A stretch of 64,000 nucleotides of DNA. Source: an uncultured Anaerolineales bacterium. GTDB taxonomy: Bacteria > Chloroflexota > Anaerolineae > Anaerolineales > UBA11858. How positions within the stretch are numbered: the first letter of the stretch is position 1; the number at the start of each line of letters is the position of its first letter. The notes beneath the pieces were generated by a model, which was not told where the DNA came from, made no database searches, and was given only the letters and a program-made list of their open reading frames with translations. Location of the stretch: the NCBI GenBank assembly GCA_964613985.1, contig CAZTJD010000004.1, positions 16,666 through 80,665 of the forward strand. The letters run 5' to 3'. Shown here piece by piece: positions 20,411 through 29,776 of the stretch. A program made the position numbers and the translations under genes.

Positions 20411-20665
20411 ATGGCAGTACAGAATGGAGAAAAAAATTATTCCAAAGCCGAGATGATGAGAGGACTCGTCACTCAGATCAGTTCCTACATTGAACAATAC
20501 CACGGGGGTTCCGTTGAGCTGGTCTCATACGAGGATGATGAAGTGAAGGTGCGTTTAGGCGGTGCTTGTGTTGGCTGTCCACTCTCTGCAGCTACCCTGC
20601 GTGGTTGGGTGGAGGGCACTATACACCAGTTTTTCCCTAATGTTAAAGTCACTGGTGTAGAGTAG
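20411..20665 (+). CDS. NifU C-terminal-domain (Nfu-like) Fe-S protein
   Basis: GGSVELVSYEDDEVKVRLGGACVGCPLSAATL is the CxxC Nfu motif. Confidence 0.8.
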   Translation: MAVQNGEKNYSKAEMMRGLVTQISSYIEQYHGGSVELVSYEDDEVKVRLGGACVGCPLSAATLRGWVEGTIHQFFPNVKVTGVE

Positions 20666-20673
20666 GAGAAGAC

Positions 20674-20979
20674 ATGATGTTTAATTTTCTTGACCTGACA
20701 ACTTTCTTGGGCAATCTTCTTCGTTTAGCAGGACTGGGACTATTTGGTTTTGCTGAGGGTTGGTACTCCCTAAAAGCTTACAAAGATGCTGAAGCAAAAT
20801 GGCCTCTACAGATAGCTATCTACCTCGGTTTCCTACTTTTCACCACCTTAATACTGGTGATGGTCTCCCCAGGATCTGGTGGAGCACTGACCCTTGGCGC
20901 AGCCATCGCCCTCCTTTATTGGGGAAATAAAAAAGATAAAAAAAACGAAACAGGTGAAGATGACAGCAAGGATAAATAA
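20674..20979 (+). CDS. Small membrane protein, unknown function
   Basis: Three hydrophobic segments and a charged Lys/Asp/Glu tail. It starts 8 nt after the NifU-like gene. Confidence 0.5.
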   Translation: MMFNFLDLTTFLGNLLRLAGLGLFGFAEGWYSLKAYKDAEAKWPLQIAIYLGFLLFTTLILVMVSPGSGGALTLGAAIALLYWGNKKDKKNETGEDDSKDK

Positions 20980-20997
20980 TATCTACCCTCAAAAACA

Positions 20998-21030
20998 TAA
21001 AAAGCAGCTGAAAATTCAGCTGCTTTTTAT
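20998..21030. terminator. Bidirectional terminator between convergent genes
   Basis: AAAGCAGCTG-aaaatt-CAGCTGCTTT is flanked by A-runs and T-runs on both sides. Confidence 0.75.
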
Positions 21031-21051
21031 GTTCAAGGCCATATATTATGT

Positions 21052-22695
21052 TTAAAAACTCATCGCACAACCATCCGCTCGTGGGTCACTTCCACCGCAT
21101 AACACGCCACTTTCCCTATCTCGGATGATCACCTGGCCTCTACCAAAAACTGCCCTGTCATAACCGCTAACCATTTCCACCGGGTGTCCCATCTGCTGTA
21201 ACTGACTTAGAACACCTTTCGTAATTCCATCCTCCAAACCAATTTCACCGCCAGCCTCCCCTGAATGGATGACGAAACGCGGTTGATCCAAGACACTCTG
21301 TGGATCCAAACCATCATCAATTAAACCGCTTACAACCTGTAGATGCCCCTGTGGTTGCATAAAACCACCCATCACTCCAAAACTGGCGAACAACTCCCCA
21401 TCTCCCATCTCTGGTCCTGCTTCTATTGTTATCATTCCTGGAATAATCGTATGGTAAGGTCGCTTGCCTGGAGCAAGTACATTGGGGTGTCCAGGTTCGA
21501 GGTTGAAATTATGACCACGATTCTGTAAGCTGAAGCCCCAGCCTTTAGGCACGATCCCCGTGCCAAATCCCATGTAATTGCTGTTAATAAAAGAGCAGGC
21601 ATTACCACTGCCATCTACCACGGTCAGGTAAACCGTATCCGAAGATGAGATAGGTGTACCACGAGTCTGGTCGAGGGTTGCCTGGAAAACATTTATCCTC
21701 TTTCGGCGGGTATCAGCATAATCTTTGGAAAGCAAATGGTCTACTGGAATTTGGTTGAAGACCGGGTCGCTTACATACCAACGGGTATCGGCAAATGCCA
21801 GACGTAACGCCTCGATTTGGAGGTGCAACCTCTCTGCTGAAAGAGGTGAAATATCTGTCAAGTCAAATCCCTCCAGGATATTCAGTCCAATCAGGGCGGT
21901 TAATCCTTGTCCGTTCGGTGGGCATTCCCAGACCCGGTAGCTGCGGTAGGTGGTACTGATCGGCTTATCCCAGGTGGCGGTGTGCAATGCCAGGTCCTCA
22001 ACCGTTAGGCAACCGCCTACTCCCTGAACCTCAGCTGCGATCGCTTCAGCAATCACTCCCTGGTAGAAGGCTTTCAACCCCTCAGTTGCAACTACTCTCA
22101 TCGTGCGCGCCAGGCCTGGATTTCGGAAGATTTCTCCGGGTCTCGGAGCGCGACCATCAATGGTTAGCTCCTTACCGTTAGGAGCGTTTTTCAGTTGTCG
22201 ATTTGCACCTCTTTCCCAGAAGTAAGCTGTGACCGGCGCGACCGGGAAACCTTCTTCCGCAAGTCGAATCGCTGGTGCCAGTATTTTTGCCATGTCTAGA
22301 TGACCATGCTGTTCGACAAGACCACACCAGCCTGAACAAGCCCCAGGGACCGTAATAGTGTATGGGTGAAAGGGCGGTAATTCACCCGCAAAGCCTTCCC
22401 TCGACAACTTTTCAAGGGTTAATGCTTTCGGCGCTCGTCCAGAGGCATTCAAGGCAGTTATTCTCTTTGCTGATGCATCGTAATACAGGGCAAAAGCATC
22501 CCCGCCTATACCAGTTGATGTCGGCTCTGTGACATTCAAAGCTGCTGCGGTCGCCACCGCCGCATCGGCAGCATTCCCACCACTCCCAAGTACTTCCAAC
22601 CCAGCCGCTACAGCCAGGGGTTGTGAAGTGGCAACCATGCCCCGCGAACTGATCACTGTTGAACGGTGGCTGTTAAATTGGAAACCAAATTTCAT
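21052..22695 (-). CDS. ggt: Gamma-glutamyltransferase
   Basis: 547-aa ORF with GGT-family motifs (GGNAADAAVA, TTHLTVVD-like DTVYLTVVD, GGFMQPQG). Confidence 0.9.
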   Translation of the reverse strand: MKFGFQFNSHRSTVISSRGMVATSQPLAVAAGLEVLGSGGNAADAAVATAAALNVTEPTSTGIGGDAFALYYDASAKRITALNASGRAPKALTLEKLSREGFAGELPPFHPYTITVPGACSGWCGLVEQHGHLDMAKILAPAIRLAEEGFPVAPVTAYFWERGANRQLKNAPNGKELTIDGRAPRPGEIFRNPGLARTMRVVATEGLKAFYQGVIAEAIAAEVQGVGGCLTVEDLALHTATWDKPISTTYRSYRVWECPPNGQGLTALIGLNILEGFDLTDISPLSAERLHLQIEALRLAFADTRWYVSDPVFNQIPVDHLLSKDYADTRRKRINVFQATLDQTRGTPISSSDTVYLTVVDGSGNACSFINSNYMGFGTGIVPKGWGFSLQNRGHNFNLEPGHPNVLAPGKRPYHTIIPGMITIEAGPEMGDGELFASFGVMGGFMQPQGHLQVVSGLIDDGLDPQSVLDQPRFVIHSGEAGGEIGLEDGITKGVLSQLQQMGHPVEMVSGYDRAVFGRGQVIIRDRESGVLCGGSDPRADGCAMSF

Positions 22696-22760
22696 AATCT
22701 TCTTTTAACCTTGCGCTCCCAAAATGATGGGGAAACTAGGTTATGGAATGCGATTCTGGG

Positions 22761-22964
22761 CTAAAAACTAAAATCAAACCAATTCGTCCCAGTGATCACC
22801 GAACAGCTTAGGGCGATGAGCAGGATCAATAAGATAAAACCACACCCACATCCCGTGCAAGATAAACCTCGACCAAATCCAAAACGGTCCTGCAGGAATT
22901 TAAAGATGACATTCAAAAAAGTTAATTTTAGAAAACCAGACAGACAACCAGGTCGATCGTTCAT
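22761..22964 (-). CDS. Small Cys-rich membrane peptide (67 aa), unknown function
   Basis: A strong SD (AAGGAG) lies 6 nt before ATG 22964. The product MNDRPGCLSGF...LSCTGCGCGFILLILLIALSC has a CxxCxC motif abutting a transmembrane helix. Confidence 0.45.
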   Translation of the reverse strand: MNDRPGCLSGFLKLTFLNVIFKFLQDRFGFGRGLSCTGCGCGFILLILLIALSCSVITGTNWFDFSF

Positions 22965-23023
22965 TATCATCTCCTTGAGAAACAAAACCTATTTGATTCT
23001 TTTATCTTCCTTCGTGTTATCTT

Positions 23024-23590
23024 TTACAGAATATCCATTACGGTAGATATTACCTCACAATCAGGCCAGGAGACCGTATAAAATCCCGGTAATCCAAGCT
23101 GACGCCAAAAAATAAAAGGGTCTTTCCCGGTCAAGTCCTGGTAATATAATGACATTACTATCCCATGGCTGACCACCGCTAGGGCGCTCCCAAAATGCTG
23201 CTCCATGACAGAATGAACCGCCTCAGAAAATCGATCCCTTGCCTGGTTCGCTGTTTCTAAGCCAAAGATCAATTCGCTGGGGTAGGTGAAGAATCGTTCA
23301 ATCAGCTTAAACCAGGTTTGTTGGCCATAAATTTCTACCATTTCACGCTTGTGTTCATGCAAGTCCGGTGCTGTGATGCATTCCAGATCAAGTATGTCCG
23401 CCAAGACCTTTCCAGTCTCATGAGCTTTGTATTCCTCGCTGGTGATGATGAGTTCGGGGTTGAGAACCGCCAATCTTGATGCAAGAAGGAAACATCGCCG
23501 TCTTCCCTCCCAAGTTAAAACCCAGTGCTGTGGGAGGATCGCCGGATCTACTCTCGATTCAGAATGCCGAACCAGAATCAATCTTCGCAT
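23024..23590 (-). CDS. Histidine phosphatase (phosphoglycerate mutase) family protein
   Basis: LILVRHSES is the RHG-type catalytic motif, with a family-like C-terminal His region. Confidence 0.8.
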   Translation of the reverse strand: MRRLILVRHSESRVDPAILPQHWVLTWEGRRRCFLLASRLAVLNPELIITSEEYKAHETGKVLADILDLECITAPDLHEHKREMVEIYGQQTWFKLIERFFTYPSELIFGLETANQARDRFSEAVHSVMEQHFGSALAVVSHGIVMSLYYQDLTGKDPFIFWRQLGLPGFYTVSWPDCEVISTVMDIL

Positions 23591-25113
23591 TCGATACTTA
23601 GGATCGTCTGAGCTGTACGGAAGGCAGCGGGGATGACATTATTTATCCCTCCACCGCTTTGGCTTTGTGCACCTACAAACCACAACCCTTGAATAGGAGT
23701 TTTATGAGGGATACCAGATTTACCCATAATCGGTGCAATCCCGCCAAAAGCATGGTGATCGAGATGAGTCCTTCGTCGGAAATCTTGGGGAGTCAGGACT
23801 ACCCGCTGCTGAATGTGTTCAGATAGACCGGGAATGTGGGCTTCAGCATATTGGATCAGCTTATCTGCAAATTCCTCTTTCCGATCTTCCCAACTCCCCT
23901 CTCTAAGACGATCCGGACAGATCGTGTAAATCGTCATGGCGTGATGACCTGCGGGGGCCAATGAAGGAGAGTGTAAAGAGGGGATGTGTACGACCAGGCC
24001 TTTTTCACCTTCATGATAAACTCCTTCTTTAGCTTCCTCGACACCCCCCTCAATATCATAAGTACCATAAAAATATGTACAGACCCCATGGACATAGGGC
24101 GTAGGATCAAAATCTACACCCAGGTGCACCATGAAGACTGAATCCATTAATGGAATTTCATTGACCGCCTGGAGAAAGCCAGCAGGAAGAATTTGCTCGC
24201 CCACCAGTTTGAAGAAAGTCTCCTTTGCTCCACCCGAAGCGACCACAACATCTGCCACTGTAACCTGGTCGTGTTGATCAACCACCCCGGCAACCCGGTT
24301 CTCCTCTACCTCGATCCTGGTCACTGCATTACTCGTATAGATCTTGCCCCCATAGCGCTCAATCTTCTCCACTAGGGCATCCACTAAGGCGCTGATGCCC
24401 CCCAGGACGTTATAAAGATAAAGCTGGTCAGTGTCTTTCGCTAGGGTCTTGGGGATGCGCGACTCATAAAAAGTTTCATAATTCAAGGCAAATACCCCTA
24501 ATCCCATGAATTGGCTTGGCTTGGTGAAGAAATCAGCCAGGATGGAAATAAAGACACATTGCAGTTTTTTAGACTTGAAATATTGGTCCATTAACTGCTG
24601 AGAACTCCATTTTAGCTTTGGTAGAAAAGGAAGAAGGGTCCAGTAAAGTTTTAGATTTAGGAGCAGTCTGCGAAGTCCTTTCGTTTTTTCTATTGCCCTA
24701 CCCAATGTCATCAGTCGGGTAAAGTGCATGTAACCTCGCCAGTATTCATCTAACCCAACTGCATCCTCTGGAAATATTTCCTTCAGGAAATCCATCCGCC
24801 ATTTTAATCCTTGATAGGTCTCAGGTTTGATTATTGCGAAATCTGGAAAGATATATCCACGATCATCCTTTTCAATGGGTACCTGACTTGTAAGACCCAA
24901 ATTTGCCAAGACTTCCCCGGTAGGTTCATCAGGACCAAAGCCCTCTACCAAGAGCTGCCCCAAGTCCCACTTGAAACCTTCTTTTTCGACTGGAGCAGTG
25001 ACTCCACCAACCCGTTCAAACTGCTCAAATATAGTCACATCGGCTCCTTCCTGCGCCAACTTCGCCGCAGCTGTTAACCCCGAAAGACCCGAACCAATCA
25101 CAACCACTTTCAT
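23578..25113 (-). CDS. FAD-dependent oxidoreductase, phytoene desaturase (CrtI)-like
   Basis: The N-terminal VVVIGSGLSGLTAA is a dinucleotide-binding motif. Length of about 510 aa and a C-terminal GLWFVGA...GGG motif fit the family. Confidence 0.75.
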   Translation of the reverse strand: MKVVVIGSGLSGLTAAAKLAQEGADVTIFEQFERVGGVTAPVEKEGFKWDLGQLLVEGFGPDEPTGEVLANLGLTSQVPIEKDDRGYIFPDFAIIKPETYQGLKWRMDFLKEIFPEDAVGLDEYWRGYMHFTRLMTLGRAIEKTKGLRRLLLNLKLYWTLLPFLPKLKWSSQQLMDQYFKSKKLQCVFISILADFFTKPSQFMGLGVFALNYETFYESRIPKTLAKDTDQLYLYNVLGGISALVDALVEKIERYGGKIYTSNAVTRIEVEENRVAGVVDQHDQVTVADVVVASGGAKETFFKLVGEQILPAGFLQAVNEIPLMDSVFMVHLGVDFDPTPYVHGVCTYFYGTYDIEGGVEEAKEGVYHEGEKGLVVHIPSLHSPSLAPAGHHAMTIYTICPDRLREGSWEDRKEEFADKLIQYAEAHIPGLSEHIQQRVVLTPQDFRRRTHLDHHAFGGIAPIMGKSGIPHKTPIQGLWFVGAQSQSGGGINNVIPAAFRTAQTILSIECED

Positions 25114-25259
25114 AGTGCCTGCCTCCTAATAAATTGTTAATAGCACAATCATAGCATGGAGATAGAAATTTGGTACAGGTTGTCCGGTGTATAATTGCCC
25201 AATATTTTTACCAATATGGTTTTCTTCTCCTTTACTGGAGACTAAAAAATGAACAATCG

Positions 25260-25958
25260 ATGAACCCCACCCGCAAAACAGAATTTTTGAATGGCTTCAA
25301 AGCAACCTTCCCTCTTGTCGTTGGTGCAATTCCCTTCGGCATAATCTTTGGCGCCCTGGCAGTGACTGCCGGGCTAACAGTAGAAGGGACTATGGGTATG
25401 TCATTGATTGTTTTTGCTGGTTCTTCGCAGTTTATCGCAGTAAGCTTGATTGCGGCGGGTGCAAGTGCAGGCACAATCATCTTGACCACATTCATCGTAA
25501 ATTTACGCCACGCTCTTTATGCAGCTACTCTCGCTCCCCATATGAAAAATTTACCTCAGAAGTGGCTGCTTCCCCTCGGTTTCTGGCTGACGGATGAAAC
25601 ATTCCTTGTTTCTATTCAACGTTATAATCGTTCTAATTTATCCCCGTACAAACACTGGTTCACTTTTGGGTCAGCAGTGTTTATGTATACAAACTGGCAG
25701 CTCTGTACCTTCATCGGCATTATTGCGGGGAGCGCAATCCCAGATCCAGCCAGCTGGGGATTGGATTTTGCCATGGTCGCCACCTTCATAGGAATGCTGG
25801 TCCCCATGATAAAGGATCGACCTGTTTTTAGCACAGTTTTAGTGTCTGCGGTGACCGCCCTGGTGCTTAACAGCTTACCCAATCAGATGGGATTATTCAT
25901 CGCCACCCTTTTAGGCATCATCACTGGAGTAACTGTTGAAAGGTCTTCAATCAAATGA
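25260..25958 (+). CDS. azlC: AzlC-family branched-chain amino acid exporter subunit
   Basis: The pattern [23 protein letters not shown]...FAGSSQF matches AzlC. I chose ATG 25260 over the track's upstream start. Confidence 0.8.
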   Translation: MNPTRKTEFLNGFKATFPLVVGAIPFGIIFGALAVTAGLTVEGTMGMSLIVFAGSSQFIAVSLIAAGASAGTIILTTFIVNLRHALYAATLAPHMKNLPQKWLLPLGFWLTDETFLVSIQRYNRSNLSPYKHWFTFGSAVFMYTNWQLCTFIGIIAGSAIPDPASWGLDFAMVATFIGMLVPMIKDRPVFSTVLVSAVTALVLNSLPNQMGLFIATLLGIITGVTVERSSIK

Positions 25959-26275
25959 ACGAAATCCTGCTCTTAATGGGTATGTTTGCGGTAACATTTG
26001 GTGTTCGATATCCAATCCTATCCTTCGTGAGTCGTATCCAATTACCAAAGATTGTAGTCCAGGGACTCAAATTCGTGCCTCCCTCTGTCCTCACTGCGAT
26101 AATTGCCACTACTGTTCTTATCCCTGAAGGAAATCGCGTTGCCTTTAACCTTTCAAATGCCCCTCTGATTGCCAGTGTGATTTCCATCCTGGTTGCCTGG
26201 CGTACTAGAAACCTGCTTCTTACCATCCTGATTGGCATGGGCACGCTGCTACTCTGGAGATGGTTTTTTGTTTAA
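25955..26275 (+). CDS. azlD: AzlD-family membrane protein
   Basis: 106-aa hydrophobic ORF that overlaps the azlC stop by 4 nt, the typical azlCD arrangement. Confidence 0.75.
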   Translation: MNEILLLMGMFAVTFGVRYPILSFVSRIQLPKIVVQGLKFVPPSVLTAIIATTVLIPEGNRVAFNLSNAPLIASVISILVAWRTRNLLLTILIGMGTLLLWRWFFV

Positions 26276-26527
26276 CTAGGTTATATGGCAAGTACCCATT
26301 TACCTGCCATTTCTAGCTGGTCCTATCATCGCAAAAAAGGATGATTTTACTTGCCTAATTATTTTGAAGGAAAATCTTGGAAACGAATTTTTTCAGGTCC
26401 AAACGGACTCCTGAGCTTATTGGTAGTAAAATTGTAATTCACCATTATGACCGCATAAAAGTTTGTGGGAAATTTTTCCGTTTTATTCGAGAAACCTGGC
26501 TCTTATCATGTTCACGCTGAAGATGGG

Positions 26528-27592
26528 TTAAACAATCTCAATTCCTTCGCCCTTAACCACCTCTCCAATTACCCAGAGAGGCTGTTTGATCTCGTCCGCA
26601 CGGGTGAGCATGGCACCAAGCTTCCCAGCAGGGACAGCCATTAACAAACCTCCGCTGGTTTGTGGATCAAAAAGCAGCATTTGGTTTTCCTCTGGCAAAT
26701 CACGAGAAAACTTAACCTGAGAACCAAAGAAAAGACGGTTATCGGAAGCACCTCCCGGGAAGATGAATTCCGTAGCATAGCGATAAGCTCCCCGAGTGAA
26801 TGGGATGTTATCCCAGTCCAAACGCAGCCCTACACCGGATGCCTGGGCCAGCTCACAGGCATGACCAAGCAAGCCGAAACCAGTGACATCGGTCGCCCCA
26901 CGAACCCCGAATTCCAAACCCAATTGAGCTGCATCGCGATTCAGGCGTACCATCCAACCGATCACCTGATCAATATCATCCTGGATTGCACACTCTTGTT
27001 TGATTGCTGTCGTGGTTGTACCGATTCCTAAAGGCTTGCTTAATACTAAAAAATCCCCCGGATTTACCCGGTCTTTTGTCATCATCTTTCGCTGGTCAAC
27101 AAATCCTACTGCAATCAAACCATATTTTGGTTCTTTATCTTGTATAGTATGACCACCGGCGATCACTGCGCCAGCTTCTCTGGCTTTTTCCGCTCCACCA
27201 AGTAGGATTTGACCAGCAACTTCTGTAGGTAAGTCGGGTGGGAAAGCAGCAATATTCAACCCCAGGAAGGGGGTTCCTCCCATTGCATAGACATCGGATA
27301 AGCTGTTTGCAGCAGCGATGGCTCCATAATAATAGGCATCATCCACGACCGGGGTGAAGAAATCTGTCGTCACCACCAGGGAGCGTTGATCATCCAGACG
27401 CCATACCGCAGCATCATCAGGTTGCCCCAATCCAACCAACAGATCTGGATAAGCATCTGGGTCAAAGAAATTATTTAACGGGCGCAGCACCTGCGCCAGC
27501 GCGTCAGCGCTTAACTTGGACGCTCAACCAGAACAAGAGGAAAGTGTGGTGAGGCGTATTTTTTTCTCAGAAGGTGTTTCAGTGTTCGTCAT
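26528..27592 (-). CDS. selD: Selenide, water dikinase (selenophosphate synthetase), selenocysteine-containing
   Basis: The SelD body matches the family (DDAAVWRL...TTDFFTPVVDD...). The frame continues upstream through one TGA (27524-27526) to ATG 27592 and reads IRLTTLSSCSG-U-ASKLS. The TGA aligns with the catalytic Cys17 of E. coli SelD. A GC-rich hairpin-capable segment lies directly 3' of the TGA. Confidence 0.9.
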
Positions 27593-27600
27593 GAGATATG

Positions 27601-27635
27601 AAGACTTCGGAAGTTCTTATAACTTCCGAAGTCTT
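27601..27635. other. Perfect 15-bp hairpin between the SPFH gene stop and the selD start
   Basis: AAGACTTCGGAAGTT-cttat-AACTTCCGAAGTCTT. It has no U-tract and ends 8 nt before the selD ATG. Confidence 0.6.
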
Positions 27636-27639
27636 AGAA

Positions 27640-28779
27640 TTAAGGGGCTGTATCCGTTATTACGGTTGAGGGAGTAGGGAGGATTGTGGCTTCCGTGGTC
27701 TCATCGCCCATCAGACTGGGGAGCGGTAACAGGTATGGGTTGTCGTTAGGCACCAGCATCACCTGGATCCCAGGACCGAGCTTCTGGATATATTCATAAT
27801 TCAACAGGTCGGGGTTTGCTGCCAGTGCAGCGGCAATTAACTGCAGGGCTTGCTGCTCAGCCTTTGCTTGGATCAGCCGCGCTTCTGCAGCTGCGTTTGC
27901 CTGGATTACCAAAGCTTCAGCTTCAGCATTGGCAGCGATCACCCAGGACTTGGCTTTCCCTTCCGCTTCTAAGACTGCAGCATCCGCAGCGCCTTGTGCC
28001 GTCTGACGGACCTGTTCGGCTTCTTGTTTGCGCTGATCGACCACAAAAGCGGCTTCCTGGGCTTTTTGTTCAGCAATCTGTTTCTGTTCCACGCTTTGAG
28101 CGTACTCATCGGAAAAAGTAATGTTTCGGAGTACAAAGTCAACCAATAACAGCCCACCTTGTTCCAATTTATCTGACATTTTCTGGTTCAACTGTTGATT
28201 TAATTCCGTCCGTTTTATACTGTAAACTTCCTCGACTCTAAACTGGGACACAGCCTCTCGGATCACGCCACGCGCCTGGGGTCTCACCAGATTGTTGACA
28301 TACTGGTCCTGCCACATGATGTGAACATCTGTGACTCTTGCGGGGTCTATAGTAAAAATAATCGAAGCATCGACCAAAACCACCTGACCATCTGATGTTC
28401 GTGCCTCAACCGAGTCATCTCCTCTAATCTCCCCCTCTTCCGCAGCGATCGACATAGTATAGGTCTGCCGCGAGATTGAATAAGTAACCACGTTCTCAAA
28501 ATAAGGCACCACCCAGCTCAGGCCTGGTTGCAATGCTTGAGGCCGAATGCCTTTCTGAAGGGCTGAGATCACCACACCTCGCTCCTGTGGTTCAATAAAG
28601 ACCAACCCCGCGCTGACGGTATTTATAATTAAGGCGAATGCCAGGGAGACAATCAGTCCGGTGGTTACCGCTTTCACCGGCTGTCGACGTGTAGCACGCA
28701 AAATTACCAAGACCACGAGGGCTACGACAACTAACCAGGATAGGCCAGCAATAGCAGACACAACAATGGTGATATTCAT
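27640..28779 (-). CDS. SPFH/band-7 (prohibitin-like) membrane protein
   Basis: N-terminal transmembrane helices, an SPFH core and an Ala/Glu/Gln-rich coiled-coil C-terminus. Confidence 0.85.
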   Translation of the reverse strand: MNITIVVSAIAGLSWLVVVALVVLVILRATRRQPVKAVTTGLIVSLAFALIINTVSAGLVFIEPQERGVVISALQKGIRPQALQPGLSWVVPYFENVVTYSISRQTYTMSIAAEEGEIRGDDSVEARTSDGQVVLVDASIIFTIDPARVTDVHIMWQDQYVNNLVRPQARGVIREAVSQFRVEEVYSIKRTELNQQLNQKMSDKLEQGGLLLVDFVLRNITFSDEYAQSVEQKQIAEQKAQEAAFVVDQRKQEAEQVRQTAQGAADAAVLEAEGKAKSWVIAANAEAEALVIQANAAAEARLIQAKAEQQALQLIAAALAANPDLLNYEYIQKLGPGIQVMLVPNDNPYLLPLPSLMGDETTEATILPTPSTVITDTAP

Positions 28780-29008
28780 TTCTACTCCTTTGGGATTTAG
28801 ATTAATGCTGATTGAAGATTATTAACGACATGGCAAAAAAATATTACGAATTACGAATCGTAACCGGTTAAGGTAATGATACCTAAATGCCTAAAGGTTT
28901 CTTGGTTGAAATCGTGAAAATTATAACCCAAAAACTGGTAGAGACATTGCAAGGAAAGACTTCTGATATATCGTTAACAATCCTTCAAAATCATGATACC
29001 ATGCGATT

Positions 29009-29719
29009 ATGAACTACGATACGGGCATTATCAGGGTAATCCAGATGGATTCGCAGGGAGAGCGTGCTGCACAAGTTGAATGTACCAACAAGATAATTCC
29101 CCACCCAGGCCAATATCTTCTCGCTTACAATCCTGAAGAATATGACAATCCCTTAGGACAATGCCTTTTTCTAGAAGGGTTTCAGAGAGGTATGGATTCC
29201 CTATCCATTCCACTTCTTGGACCTATTCCTTCCACCTGGACCCCTGGAACCAGGCTGACCCTTCGCGGCCCGTTAGGGAAAAGCTTTCAAGGTTACGCAA
29301 CCGCCCGTCGCCTAGGAATCGCCACTTTCAGCAATACTCTCAACCGTATGTTGCCCCTAATTGGACCCGCTTTGAAGTCAGGCGCAGATGTGGCTGTCTT
29401 TCTCCCGGAGCATCTACGCCCGGAAGAGTTACCGGCTGCCGTTGAAGTCCACTCAATCTATACGCTACATGAATCCCTTTCCTGGCCAACCCTCCTGCTT
29501 GTGGAAATCCCCCTGGCAGATCTTTCCCATCTCAGAGATTGGCTGAAATTAAATCCCGTCGACCTTCTTCCCTGCCCAGCTCAAGCCTTAATCCTGACAC
29601 CAATGCCTTGCGTCACATTTGGGGATTGTGGCGTCTGCGCAGTCCCCACCCGCAAAGGAAGATATCGGATGGCATGTAAAGAAGGACCAGTTTTTGATCT
29701 CAAGGAATTAGATTGGTAA
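29009..29719 (+). CDS. PyrK-like (DHOD-B electron-transfer subunit-like) protein with degenerate flavin/NAD motifs
   Basis: LRGPLGKSF and the C-terminal cluster motif MPCVTFGDCGVCAV...ACKEGPVFD resemble PyrK. The RxxS FAD motif and the GGxGxxP motif are not recognisable. Confidence 0.55.
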   Translation: MNYDTGIIRVIQMDSQGERAAQVECTNKIIPHPGQYLLAYNPEEYDNPLGQCLFLEGFQRGMDSLSIPLLGPIPSTWTPGTRLTLRGPLGKSFQGYATARRLGIATFSNTLNRMLPLIGPALKSGADVAVFLPEHLRPEELPAAVEVHSIYTLHESLSWPTLLLVEIPLADLSHLRDWLKLNPVDLLPCPAQALILTPMPCVTFGDCGVCAVPTRKGRYRMACKEGPVFDLKELDW

Positions 29720-29776
29720 AAAAGAGTCGCCTCCTCTTCACTGGAATTTTCCACCCAACCTTATCCAGCCCCTGTT

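Noticed and set aside
28840-28862. attacgaattacgaatcgtaa near-repeat in the SPFH/PyrK-like divergent intergenic region as an operator
   Set aside because: It is an imperfect direct and inverted repeat with no second copy in the window. There is too little to support a call.
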